DNA of 64,000 nucleotides from Marinicella sp. (GTDB lineage: Bacteria; Pseudomonadota; Gammaproteobacteria; Xanthomonadales; Marinicellaceae), in assembly GCA_965230295.1 (NCBI GenBank), contig OZ246001.1, positions 672,001 to 736,000 of the forward strand. Direction: 5' to 3'. Below are positions 49,727 through 59,979 of this stretch, in pieces. The stretch's first letter is position 1, and the number at the start of each line of letters is the position of its first letter. A program made the translations under genes and the position numbers. Under the pieces are notes generated by a model. The model saw nothing but the letters and a program-made list of their open reading frames with translations. It did not search any database and was not told where the DNA came from.

Positions 49727-50791
49727 GTGAACGACAACGAACAAAACATCGATTATCAGCACCTGAAATCTCAGATTGAACAATGGTCTGCGGAATTAGG
49801 CTTTCAACAAATGGGTATCAGTGATATCGATCTGAGCGAGGCCGGCGATTACTTGAACCGGTGGCTGGCCAAACAATACCACGCCGACATGTCATACATG
49901 CACAGGCATGGGGCCAAAAGATACCAACCTGCCGAGTTGGTTCCCAACACGATCAGCGTGATTTCAGTGCGACTAGATTACATGCCAACCGACTTAACAC
50001 CCTATGAAACTTTAACCGCACAACCTGAAAAAGCCGCCATATCCAGGTATGCCTTGGGGCGTGATTACCACAAGGTTTTGCGCGCCAAGCTGAAACGGTT
50101 GACCCAGAAAATCGAAACTGTCATAGGTCCATTTGGGCATCGGGTGTTCACGGACTCGGCGCCAGTCATGGAAAAAGCCATCGCTGAAAAAGCCGGACTG
50201 GGTTGGATCGGTAAACACAGCAACTTGATCAACAGCAAAGCCGGCTCTTATTTTTTTCTGGGCGAAATCTATACGGACCTGCCTTTACCCGAGGACCAAG
50301 CAGGTGGCTTCCATTGTGGCAGTTGTACCCAATGCATCCAGGACTGTCCCACCGATGCCATTGTGGCCCCATTCCAGGTGGATGCTCGCCGTTGCATTTC
50401 TTACCTGACCATCGAGAACAAAGGCCCCATTCCTACCGAGTTTCGAAAACCCATAGGCAACCGCATTTACGGTTGTGATGACTGTCAGGTGGTGTGCCCC
50501 TGGAATAAATTCACCGTGCCCACCCAAGAAGCAGATTTCGCGCCCAGACACCACATGGATGACATTGAGTTACTTGAGTTGTTTAAATGGACAGAACAAG
50601 AGTTTTTAGATAAAACTGAAGGATCACCCATCAGACGAATTGGCTATGAAGCCTGGCAACGCAATTTAGCCGTCGGACTGGGCAATGCGCAAGCCACTGA
50701 TGACATCATCAACGCATTACAAGCTAAATTAGCCACCAGCACTGAGCTGGTCAAAGAACACATTGAGTGGGCTTTGGAACAATTGGAATGA
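49727..50791 (+). CDS. queG: Epoxyqueuosine reductase
   Basis: SRYALGRDYH, DSAPVME, CGSC..C...CPT, GCDDCQ..CPWN; GTG start at 49727. Confidence 0.96.
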   Translation: MNDNEQNIDYQHLKSQIEQWSAELGFQQMGISDIDLSEAGDYLNRWLAKQYHADMSYMHRHGAKRYQPAELVPNTISVISVRLDYMPTDLTPYETLTAQPEKAAISRYALGRDYHKVLRAKLKRLTQKIETVIGPFGHRVFTDSAPVMEKAIAEKAGLGWIGKHSNLINSKAGSYFFLGEIYTDLPLPEDQAGGFHCGSCTQCIQDCPTDAIVAPFQVDARRCISYLTIENKGPIPTEFRKPIGNRIYGCDDCQVVCPWNKFTVPTQEADFAPRHHMDDIELLELFKWTEQEFLDKTEGSPIRRIGYEAWQRNLAVGLGNAQATDDIINALQAKLATSTELVKEHIEWALEQLE

Positions 50792-50850
50792 TGTATTTCT
50801 ATCAAGATTCCCATTGAACAAGCATACGACTTTGTTGGATGGCTATTCAA

Positions 50851-51067
50851 AAAGACACTGGATGCCAGCCTGCGCCGGCACGACGACAGTCAATGAGTAC
50901 AACCACACTTTTATCTAGATTCATGTTCCATATTGTATTTATACAAGGAATTAATGTGCTCTCTGAATTATGCTAAGAATTTATTCCATCTGACAGGAAA
51001 ACAATGAATCGTCATCCCGGACTTCCTTAAGGGACCTACTTTTGGTGATCCGGGATCCAGTGTCTTT
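50851..51067. repeat. Inverted pair of CGTC-tagged REP-like palindromes
   Basis: 50851-50885 (-) CGTCGTGCCGGCGCAGGCTGGCATCCAGTGTCTTT and 51010-51067 (+) CGTCATCCCGGA...TCCGGGATCCAGTGTCTTT. Confidence 0.75.
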
Positions 51068-51175
51068 GGATGTTTCAGAGTTGCTTATGCACCATCAACT
51101 GGTCACAATTTATGTATTGAATCAATGGAACTGACTCCTTTTATTCAATAACAAGCCCATCTTAGCGATGAGGTG

Positions 51176-51733
51176 TCATTGAACCATCTCTACCAACCCT
51201 GCAGCATCAATCGGGCCCATGTGTTTTTTGTGGCGCATGCCTTCGGGGTTATAGACGATGGTGGTGGGTAAGCCCAAACCGCCCTCTTGAGCAAATTCAG
51301 GTGGGTTGTACACATCAATGGTCAACAAGGGGTAGTTGATGTTGAAATCAGCGGCAAAATTTTGCAGCTTCTCAACTGTGGCATCTTCGTAAGCGATACC
51401 AACCACTTGAACGTTTTCGTTCTCGGCCTGAAATTTGACCAACTCAGGCATTTCATCGCGACAAGGCGCACACCAAGTGGCCCAATAATTCAATACCAGC
51501 CATTTTCCACGATAATCAGCTGCCTGCACAGGTTCTCCTGCCAAGTTGGTTAAACTGAATTCCAAAGGAGCTCCAATGCCATCAGCTGTGACAGCAGATG
51601 CTTGTTCAGCCACAACCTCTTCTTTGGCTGGCATTGACTCTGCTGAAGGTTGTTGGTTGTTGTTTTCACAAGCGGTTAAAAACAGGCTTGCCATTAATGA
51701 GGTTGTTAAGGTTAATTTAAGGTTGTTTTTCAT
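51176..51733 (-). CDS. TlpA-family thioredoxin lipoprotein
   Basis: Lipobox LTAC; NYWATWCAPC..E.P; GLPTT. Confidence 0.9.
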   Translation of the reverse strand: MKNNLKLTLTTSLMASLFLTACENNNQQPSAESMPAKEEVVAEQASAVTADGIGAPLEFSLTNLAGEPVQAADYRGKWLVLNYWATWCAPCRDEMPELVKFQAENENVQVVGIAYEDATVEKLQNFAADFNINYPLLTIDVYNPPEFAQEGGLGLPTTIVYNPEGMRHKKHMGPIDAAGLVEMVQ

Positions 51734-52961
51734 GGTTAATTGGGTTGTTTATGATGTTTTCTATAGATTGGTTGAGCATTCCTGTAACTGGCTGCCAGTA
51801 ATTATCTAATAAGCCTTGGTAACGGGCAAAGTATTTTGTGGCCGTGACCGGTATTTTAAATCCACCATTGGTGTACAGCTGTTTAAAAGTCAAAGCACTT
51901 AAATCATGCCTGACCAAATAATCCCCTGATTGGCTGATGGCGATGTATTGCTTATCCCGCAACCAGTCTAATTGCATATTGAGCTCATCATCAGGAATGA
52001 AATACAGTTGACCGCATAAATCACTATAACTGACAGTTTTTCCTTGTTGACTGGCCTGCCACAACTTATTGAGGATATCGATCACCAGTAAAAGCCTTTG
52101 GTTGGTCTGGTAATTCTGAACATGTAAACGCCATCGAGATGTTTCTAAGGTGGCAGTGATGGTACCTCCCAACAAGATGATGTTCCATGACAAAAACATC
52201 CATATTAAGAACAACGGTATGGTGGCCAAGGTGCCATAAACTTTTTGATAACTGGGTATGGAGGTGACATACAAAGCAAAGCCCTTTTTAGCCAGCTCGA
52301 AACACACGGCTGAAAACAGTGCACCTACGATGGCATTTTTCCATTTGACCTTGCGGTTGGGCACCACCAAGTAAATCAAGAAAAAGGCAATGGTGGATGA
52401 CAACACCGGTAAAGCTTTGACCAAAAACCCTTTCATGCTGGCGAACGCCGAATATTTGAACACCAAAGATGACAAGGCGATACCGCCACCAACCAGCAGA
52501 GGACCCATGGTCAACACCGCCCAATACATCATTAATTTTTGTTTAAAACGACCCGTAGATTTACTGTCAAAAATCCTGTTCAGGGCTTTTTCCATGGTGT
52601 GCATCATCAGTATCGAGGTCACAAACACAGCCAGAAACATGGTCACGGTCAGCCCCCTGGCTTTTTCCACAAAACCAATGATATAACCTTGGATCACTTC
52701 ACCTGTGGTAGGCACAAAATTTTTAAAGATAAAGTCTTGCAGTTGTTGTGAGGCTTCTTCGAACAATGGCATGGCCGAAAACACAGTGATCAAGACCGAC
52801 ATGAAAGGAACCAAGGACAACAAAGCGGTATAAGCCAGGGAACTGGCAGCCAGAGAAGTTTCATCATCGCGGTACCGGCGAACCACTTCAATGGTGAAAT
52901 TCTTCAAATTGGTAGCAAATCGCGTCACTTTATTCATGCGGCTATTGTCTTTTAAATACAT
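51717..52961 (-). CDS. YihY/BrkB family inner membrane protein
   Basis: ASSLAYTALLSLVP, YWAVLT.GP, VPNRKV, YG.LA.IP...W. Confidence 0.9.
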   Translation of the reverse strand: MYLKDNSRMNKVTRFATNLKNFTIEVVRRYRDDETSLAASSLAYTALLSLVPFMSVLITVFSAMPLFEEASQQLQDFIFKNFVPTTGEVIQGYIIGFVEKARGLTVTMFLAVFVTSILMMHTMEKALNRIFDSKSTGRFKQKLMMYWAVLTMGPLLVGGGIALSSLVFKYSAFASMKGFLVKALPVLSSTIAFFLIYLVVPNRKVKWKNAIVGALFSAVCFELAKKGFALYVTSIPSYQKVYGTLATIPLFLIWMFLSWNIILLGGTITATLETSRWRLHVQNYQTNQRLLLVIDILNKLWQASQQGKTVSYSDLCGQLYFIPDDELNMQLDWLRDKQYIAISQSGDYLVRHDLSALTFKQLYTNGGFKIPVTATKYFARYQGLLDNYWQPVTGMLNQSIENIINNPINHEKQP

Positions 52962-53161
52962 GGATTATACAAGTGACACCATTTCATTGATGCAATTGTC
53001 AATAGATGGGGCACAACCATGGCGTCAATTGTTTTCATATAACTTCTGTGCTATATTGAATATGCGTGTTTGCTGGGGGGCATGAGAACGCATGAACAAA
53101 ATCTATTATGTGTTCCACATAGCCTTTCAGTTTAAACTGTGTGTAAAAAACTGGTATAGCT

Positions 53162-53533
53162 ATGAAAACTAAAAACTCAACCCTACCTTTGCTTACTGCC
53201 TTTTTGTTCCTTGGAGCTTGTGGCAATGACTACCCCAAACTCACTCATTTCAAGGCCTTTGATGAAAGGTTCACCACCGTATTAGATACCAAAGATCCAG
53301 ATCAATTGAAACTGATATCAGAAATGTTTTTTGACCGGCAAGAAGCCAATGACGTGCAAGCAGATTTAAGCTTTGACTATTTATTTGATTTGACCACAGC
53401 AGCTGGATCTGAACGTTGGCGTTGTACCAAAACAGGCTATTGCCAACAACGAACCCAAGGCGCAGAACCACTCAGAGAAATATACTACGTGGAACGTTAC
53501 AAAGAATTGTATGAAATTTCTAAACTGGATTGA
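53162..53533 (+). CDS. Hypothetical lipoprotein
   Basis: Lipobox LGAC; 123 aa; Cys pair. Confidence 0.7.
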   Translation: MKTKNSTLPLLTAFLFLGACGNDYPKLTHFKAFDERFTTVLDTKDPDQLKLISEMFFDRQEANDVQADLSFDYLFDLTTAAGSERWRCTKTGYCQQRTQGAEPLREIYYVERYKELYEISKLD

Positions 53534-54221
53534 TTTGTTCAATCAATCTCAGTACCAGCTCAGTTGATTTTTTTCCAGCTTGTTCAATGTATTGATTGAA
53601 ATTAAGCTGCGCTTCGTGACCAGCCACATCGGATAAGTTCCTCAATACCAGAAAATCAATACCGTGCATGTAACAGACTTGCGCAACAGCTGCCGCTTCC
53701 ATTTCACAGGCCACCACATGCTCAAACCTGTCCTTGATTTGAGCGACTTGGTGGTCATGATAGATGAACGACTCACCAGTTGCTATGGTTCCAATATGAT
53801 GGTTATCATTTAAATCATCAGCCACTTGATCCAACAACCTTAACCATTTACTTTTTACGGGGTAATAAATGGGCAACCTGGGTAATTCACCAAATTCAAA
53901 GCCTATCGGGCTGACATCAATGTCATGGTGACAAACCCGCTCTGCGAACACAAAATCTCCAACTTCAGCGGATCTTTTGATGCCACCTGCCGATCCGGTA
54001 TTGATGACCAAATCAGGTTTAAATTCTCTGGCCAGCCATTCAGCAGCAAGTGCAGCATTGACTTTGCCAATGCCAGATTCCATCAGACAAACCTGATGGC
54101 CTGCCCATTCGCCCATGGTGATTTTGATGTCCAGGTACTGACTGTTGCTGGTGGATTCCAATTGAGCCCGAAAAAATTCGCATTCCAGGTGCATGGCACC
54201 TATCAGGCCAATCCGGCTCAT
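53520..54221 (-). CDS. mtnN: MTA/SAH nucleosidase
   Basis: IGAM..E, SGIGKVNAA, NTGSAGG, EMEAAA, R.LSD.A. Confidence 0.93.
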   Translation of the reverse strand: MSRIGLIGAMHLECEFFRAQLESTSNSQYLDIKITMGEWAGHQVCLMESGIGKVNAALAAEWLAREFKPDLVINTGSAGGIKRSAEVGDFVFAERVCHHDIDVSPIGFEFGELPRLPIYYPVKSKWLRLLDQVADDLNDNHHIGTIATGESFIYHDHQVAQIKDRFEHVVACEMEAAAVAQVCYMHGIDFLVLRNLSDVAGHEAQLNFNQYIEQAGKKSTELVLRLIEQINPV

Positions 54222-55051
54222 GCTTCCCCGCGCATTAATTTTTGCAGCTGTTCACCAGGGTTGGCATGCCGCATGAACGATTCTCCAATGAGGAATGTGT
54301 GGATATCCAGATCTTCCAGGAATTCAATGTCAGCGCTACGGTGTATCCCACTTTCGCTGACCACAATGCGTTTCTGTCCTGGGTGATTATCTATCACATG
54401 CTTCAAGTTTTGACTGGTTTCCAAACTGGTTTCAAACGTTTTCAAATTTCTGTTATTGATGCCAATCAATTGTGCAGGTGTAGCCAGGGCACGATGCAAT
54501 TCGCCCAGATCATGGACTTCCATCAACACATCCATGCCTAACCTCACCGCCAGATTGTAAAGCGTTGACAAGCTGTCATCGTCCAAGCAGGCCACTATCA
54601 ACAACACACAATCGGCACCCATGGCCTTGGATTGATATATTTGCCAAGGGTCAATCATGAAGTCCTTTCGTAAAACAGGCAAGTTTACGGCATCACGAAC
54701 CTGAATGAGGTATTCATCGCTGCCTTTAAAATATTGTTGGTCAGTTAATACGGATAAACAACTGGCTCCTCCCTGCAGGTAGGACTGTGCAATTTCTACC
54801 GGATTAAAATCTTCCCGAATGACACCTTTAGATGGTGAAGCTTTTTTAACTTCTGCAATCACAGCCGGTAAGTTTTGCTTCTGCTTTGCTTCAATGGCGC
54901 GGATAAAACCACGACAAGGCATTTGTTGATCAATGATCTTTCTGAAGTCATCAAAAGACTGCTGTTGTTGACCCATGGCCACTTCTTGTCTTTTGGTGGC
55001 TACTATTTTGTCCAGTACATTGGATTTTTTTTGCATGTTATATGGGTCCAT
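54218..55051 (-). CDS. trpC: Indole-3-glycerol phosphate synthase
   Basis: IAEVKKASPSKG, LRKDF, GINNRNL, SESGI. Confidence 0.98.
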   Translation of the reverse strand: MDPYNMQKKSNVLDKIVATKRQEVAMGQQQQSFDDFRKIIDQQMPCRGFIRAIEAKQKQNLPAVIAEVKKASPSKGVIREDFNPVEIAQSYLQGGASCLSVLTDQQYFKGSDEYLIQVRDAVNLPVLRKDFMIDPWQIYQSKAMGADCVLLIVACLDDDSLSTLYNLAVRLGMDVLMEVHDLGELHRALATPAQLIGINNRNLKTFETSLETSQNLKHVIDNHPGQKRIVVSESGIHRSADIEFLEDLDIHTFLIGESFMRHANPGEQLQKLMRGEA

Positions 55052-55066
55052 AATTGACCTCCCAAC

Positions 55067-56095
55067 TCATTGATAAGTTTGTGTGTATCTTGCCAATTGT
55101 TGTAATAATTGCCAAGCGGCACCTGATTGCATAACCTCTTGAGCTTTTGAGACACCGCTTTTCATGTCTACGGCCTTACCAGCCACATAAATGGCAGCTC
55201 CTGCATTCAAAGCCAAGATATCAGCAGCCGGACCTGGCTGCCCGGTCAAAGCCTGTTTGATCAGCTCAAGACTTTGTTGCGAGTCATCTACCACCAAATC
55301 ATTGATCGACTGCTTGCTGACACCAAAATCTTCAGGCTCAATGCTGTATTCGCTGATTTCACCATTTTTCAATTCGGCCACATCAGTGGCAGCCGCTAAC
55401 GAAACTTCGTCCATGCCATCTTGAGAATGTACCACCATGACATGTTTGGCACCCAATTCTCGCAGCACTTCGGCAGCTGTTCTGACCCATTGTTTGGCAA
55501 AGATTCCCATCACTTGAAAAGGGGTGTCTGCCGGGTTGGTCAATGGTCCCAACAAATTAAACATGGTCCTGACCGCCAACTCTTTCCTTGGGCCCACTGC
55601 ATATTTTGTGGCGCCATGATGCGCGGGGGCAAACAAAAAACCAATGTTATATCGCTCTATACAGTCAGCCACTTGACTTGCATCCAAGGTCAAATTCATT
55701 CCTGCCGCTTCCAATACATCGGCGGAACCCGTTGAAGATGACACCGATCGGTTACCATGTTTGGCCACCCGACAGCCAGCTGCCGCAGCAATAAAAGCCA
55801 CGGCGGTTGATACATTGAAAATGCCAACACCATCACCACCGGTACCACAGGTATCGATCAAATGATCTTTGCTGACCGACACTTTGACCGCTCTGTAGCG
55901 CATCACTTTGGCGGCTGCGGTGATTTGTTCAACGGTTTCACCATTGAGCTTCAAAGCCATCAACAACCCACCAATTTGCGCTGGAGTGGCATTGCCATCC
56001 ATAATTTGATTCATCACAGCAGTCATGCTGTCGGCTAGAAGCGGTTGTTGTTCGCCCAACAAATCCAAGGCGGTTTGTATTGGTGATTTATTCAT
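55067..56095 (-). CDS. trpD: Anthranilate phosphoribosyltransferase
   Basis: DTCGTGGDG, KHGNRSVSS, FNLLGPL.NP, DGMDE. Confidence 0.98.
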   Translation of the reverse strand: MNKSPIQTALDLLGEQQPLLADSMTAVMNQIMDGNATPAQIGGLLMALKLNGETVEQITAAAKVMRYRAVKVSVSKDHLIDTCGTGGDGVGIFNVSTAVAFIAAAAGCRVAKHGNRSVSSSTGSADVLEAAGMNLTLDASQVADCIERYNIGFLFAPAHHGATKYAVGPRKELAVRTMFNLLGPLTNPADTPFQVMGIFAKQWVRTAAEVLRELGAKHVMVVHSQDGMDEVSLAAATDVAELKNGEISEYSIEPEDFGVSKQSINDLVVDDSQQSLELIKQALTGQPGPAADILALNAGAAIYVAGKAVDMKSGVSKAQEVMQSGAAWQLLQQLARYTQTYQ

Positions 56096-56121
56096 CTTTA
56101 TTGAGTCGATATAAGGGTTAG

Positions 56122-56703
56122 TCAGAATTGTGTTAAAAAGTTTTGTAGCATTTGGTGACCATGTTCAGTCAGGATACTTTCAGGATGAAACTGTACCCCA
56201 GACATGGCATAATCCCTGTGTCTGAATCCCATGATTTCATCAAACTCCCCATCTTCTGTTTCAGTCCAAGCAGTGATTTCTAAACAGTCTGGCAAAGTAT
56301 TTCTGTCAACCACCAGAGAATGATACCGTGTGGCGTTGAATGGATGGGCCAAACCAGTAAACACATCGTTGTTGTTGTGGTGTACAGCAGAAATTTTACC
56401 GTGCATGATGGTCTTGGCAGCCACCACGTCTCCACCAAAAACTTGACCAATGGATTGGTGTCCCAAGCAAACGCCTAACAAGGGTATGTTACCTGCACAT
56501 GCCTTGATCAGCTCCATAGAGATGCCAGCCATATCAGGGTTCCTTGGCCCAGGTGAAATGACCACATGATCGGGTTTAAGAGCCAATGCTTGTTCCACTG
56601 TGATTTCATCGTTACGATAAACTTTAACTTCACAGTTCAGTTCACCGAAATATTGAACCAAGTTATAGGTAAATGAATCGTAATTATCAAGCATCAACAA
56701 CAT
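56122..56703 (-). CDS. trpG: Anthranilate synthase glutamine amidotransferase subunit
   Basis: [26 protein letters not shown]. Confidence 0.96.
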   Translation of the reverse strand: MLLMLDNYDSFTYNLVQYFGELNCEVKVYRNDEITVEQALALKPDHVVISPGPRNPDMAGISMELIKACAGNIPLLGVCLGHQSIGQVFGGDVVAAKTIMHGKISAVHHNNNDVFTGLAHPFNATRYHSLVVDRNTLPDCLEITAWTETEDGEFDEIMGFRHRDYAMSGVQFHPESILTEHGHQMLQNFLTQF

Positions 56704-56758
56704 CTGATGTGTCCGGTCAAAACTGGCATTGTACAGAAATTTTTCAACGGGTGAAATT

Positions 56759-56785
56759 AAAAACGGCCTCTTTGAGGCCGTTTTT
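56759..56785. terminator. Bidirectional terminator after the TonB receptor
   Basis: AAAAACGGCCTC-TTT-GAGGCCGTTTTT. Confidence 0.85.
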
Positions 56786-56811
56786 CATATCTAAACTGAA
56801 GCCATGGCTTA

Positions 56812-59730
56812 TTAAAACTTAATGGTCGCCCTGACATAGCCAAACTGTCCTTCTCCATCATAAGTTGATGGGTCGTAACCGTTAAGCGAACAACTGAAAC
56901 AAGTGGGTGGCTGTTTATCAGTCACATTGTTGACACCCGCTTCAAGCTGCACGTTATTCCATTCAGGGAAAATCACCTGTAAATCATGGAACGTGGTACC
57001 ACCTAAGCTGTTGGTTCCAGCCGCTTCATCACTACACAAACCTTGACCAATCAAGAACCCTGCACAGTTTTCAGTCAGGCCATTGATGTACCTTGAACCC
57101 CAGGTGATCTTCCAATCTCGGTAGTTAAGGGTCGTGAACAGGTTAGAATTCCAGTCCGGAATACCCGAATCATTGACTTCGATACCATCCAAATCACGTG
57201 GTGCAAAACCTGATGGAAAATTAACCAAATCATTGGTTGGGTTAAACTCGGTATATTCATTAACAAAAGAATTGTTCCAACTGGCCTGGATATACCCCCA
57301 ATCATAGGTTGGAGATGTCCAATTGACGTTGAAATCCACACCTGAGGTTTCAATCGAACCAATGTTGGTCAATTGTGTACTGAAGTTTTGAATGTTTCCA
57401 TTGGGGTCACGATTAAAGGCATTACATAAAATGCTTGATGCATTGGCTGCACACGAATCTAAAATAAACTGTGCGTCAACAGATTGAATCGCTCCATCGA
57501 CTTCGATGTCGTAATACGTGACTTCAAAATCCAAACTGTTGGACCAACTGGTGTCATCTGCCCATTCTGGTGAATAAACAAAACCTAAAGTCAACGTCTC
57601 GGCTTCTTCGGGTGACAATGCCGGATTACCTCCGGTGATGGTTGAAATCTGTGGATTGATCTGTTGGTAAGTATTGGGAACGCCGGCACAACCAGGTAAG
57701 TTAGGAGTTATAAAATTACCAGGATTTTGCGGATCAGGAATCGCATTACAAGGATCATTCAATTGTGCATCAAAACGAGCCTGGGTGCCAAATAATTCCC
57801 CAATTGAGGGTGCTCTTAAACCTTCAGCAAAGGTGCCCCTGATCATCAAGCTGTTGGTTGGCATGTATTTAAAACCAAATTTACTGGTGGTGTCAGAGCC
57901 TGAAGTGCTGTAATCAGAACTGCGGAATGCCAATGAAAAGTCTAACAATTCTGCAAAACGCTGGTCAGCCAATACCGGCACCAAAAACTCGGCATAAAAT
58001 TCATCCACACTGAATTCACCGGCTGTTGGACTGGCCGGAACACCGTTACTTTCACCAGCAACCACAATTGGATCAGGTTGGAAGAAGCCTGTTTTCTTGC
58101 GGTACTCATATCCGACTGCAACTGACAAAGGCCCAGCCGGTAATTCAACCAAGTCGCCACTGATGTTGGCAGTGAAGTCTGTCAACTCTTGTTCTGAGTT
58201 ATCAGATTGAACAAATGCAATGTAATTCAACATTTCTGGCGTGATGGTGCCTTCACCACCACCTTGACCACCAAAGATGTTCAATGGCACACAACCAGGT
58301 GTGTTGTTACACACATCAACCGGCCCTAAAGCCGTTTCGATTCTGGCAATGTTCAAAGCACCGGTTTTCCGCTGTGACGCTTCGTTTTTGCCATAAACGC
58401 CATTGATGTCCCAGAACCAGTTGCGATCTGCTGCTGTGAATGAACCTTCTAAACCCGTTGAAAAGTAGGTGGTATCAACATTCTGATTGAACACGCGCGG
58501 ACCGGCTTCCAATGGCCTGCGACCAATGAAGCCCTCACCTGTGTAGAATGGGCCGTTTGGATCAAAAATATCGACCCCAAACGGGTTGTATGGGTTACTG
58601 GCTGATATGACGATGTTATCGGCAATGGCACCTGATCCGGCTTCTGGGCCAATGAATATGGGTTCTGGAGCTGCCTGGTTGGTGGATTTTCTGTTGTTAT
58701 AAACACCTTTGACGTACCAGGAAATGTTCTCCGTCAATTCGACCGAAACCTGGCCAAAAATATTGGATCGCTTAGAAGGCGTCACATAATAGTTGAATGG
58801 CGCAAAGTTAAACCGGTCATTGCTGGTAAAAGGGTGAAAATCATCACCACTACAGGGGCTGGATGGATCATAATTAATGGGACCAGTCACACCATCATTC
58901 AGCGTACAATCAATTAAGTTGCCATTGATGTCTCTGACCACAAACCGGCCTTGTGGTGTACCTGAACTCCCACGTGTCACACCGGTGAAAGGCACAGGAA
59001 ACTGTGACAAGAAACGGTCAGCCGCAGAAACTTCCTTTTGATCGGTATAACCCACATTGAGCAACATGTCGACCTTGTCGGTTTGGGTGCCAAAAGTCAG
59101 ATCGAAACTTCCTGTTTCACCATCACCCTCATCAAAAGCACCGGCATAAGCGCGAACTTCAACACCTTGCATGCTTTTTTTGGTGATGATGTTGACCACA
59201 CCAGCTATCGCATCGGCACCGTAAATGGCAGATGCACCGTCTTTCAAAATATCTATGCGTTCAATGATGCCTACAGGAATTGTGTTCATGTCCACAGCAT
59301 TACTGACACCAGAACCCGAACTGCCTGCAACCCAACGCAGGCCATCTACCAACACCAACACCCGACCCGGGTCCAAATGACGCATATCAACTTGAGTGGC
59401 ACCGGCACCAATACCGCCGCCGTTGGCTGGGAAACCAAAGTTTCCACTGGAATTGAAACGCGTGTTCAATGCCGAACCCGACTGGGTCAATTGTTGTAGG
59501 ATGTCACCTACCGATGTTAAACCTGAACGATCAATGTCTTCACGAGATATGGTTTGGGTAGGCTCGATGCCTTCTATTTGTGATTGTCTGATGCGTGAAC
59601 CTGTGACTTGTACTTTGCCCAATTCTTCGACTGAATCGTCTTGAGCCAACACCAATGACGGTGCCGTCACACAACTTAAACTGATGCACAAAGCCGACGC
59701 CAGCTTGGTGCGCTTGAATTTATTTTTCAT
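56812..59730 (-). CDS. TonB-dependent receptor
   Basis: Signal peptide, VQVTGSR TonB box, [28 protein letters not shown] plug, C-terminal Phe. Confidence 0.95.
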   Translation of the reverse strand: MKNKFKRTKLASALCISLSCVTAPSLVLAQDDSVEELGKVQVTGSRIRQSQIEGIEPTQTISREDIDRSGLTSVGDILQQLTQSGSALNTRFNSSGNFGFPANGGGIGAGATQVDMRHLDPGRVLVLVDGLRWVAGSSGSGVSNAVDMNTIPVGIIERIDILKDGASAIYGADAIAGVVNIITKKSMQGVEVRAYAGAFDEGDGETGSFDLTFGTQTDKVDMLLNVGYTDQKEVSAADRFLSQFPVPFTGVTRGSSGTPQGRFVVRDINGNLIDCTLNDGVTGPINYDPSSPCSGDDFHPFTSNDRFNFAPFNYYVTPSKRSNIFGQVSVELTENISWYVKGVYNNRKSTNQAAPEPIFIGPEAGSGAIADNIVISASNPYNPFGVDIFDPNGPFYTGEGFIGRRPLEAGPRVFNQNVDTTYFSTGLEGSFTAADRNWFWDINGVYGKNEASQRKTGALNIARIETALGPVDVCNNTPGCVPLNIFGGQGGGEGTITPEMLNYIAFVQSDNSEQELTDFTANISGDLVELPAGPLSVAVGYEYRKKTGFFQPDPIVVAGESNGVPASPTAGEFSVDEFYAEFLVPVLADQRFAELLDFSLAFRSSDYSTSGSDTTSKFGFKYMPTNSLMIRGTFAEGLRAPSIGELFGTQARFDAQLNDPCNAIPDPQNPGNFITPNLPGCAGVPNTYQQINPQISTITGGNPALSPEEAETLTLGFVYSPEWADDTSWSNSLDFEVTYYDIEVDGAIQSVDAQFILDSCAANASSILCNAFNRDPNGNIQNFSTQLTNIGSIETSGVDFNVNWTSPTYDWGYIQASWNNSFVNEYTEFNPTNDLVNFPSGFAPRDLDGIEVNDSGIPDWNSNLFTTLNYRDWKITWGSRYINGLTENCAGFLIGQGLCSDEAAGTNSLGGTTFHDLQVIFPEWNNVQLEAGVNNVTDKQPPTCFSCSLNGYDPSTYDGEGQFGYVRATIKF

Positions 59731-59979
59731 TTTAATCCCTCTGAGTTACTTGATATAGTTATATTTGTAATGATAGAAATCTCATTGTTATTTTTGCACA
59801 AAAAATCATGTACAAAAACTCACCAATGAGCGCAACAAATATATTTGAAAGTGGAAACTTTTACAATGCAATTTTGGACTAATTTGCTGCACTCATGATT
59901 TCAATATCATGGATCATTACGCATTACTTTTTTGTGAATCAGTTCACTGCTTGTAAAATCGAAGCACAATTTTACGGGA

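Noticed and set aside
50895-50978. 27-codon ORF (MSTTTLL...) between the REP copies
   Set aside because: No SD and too short to support.
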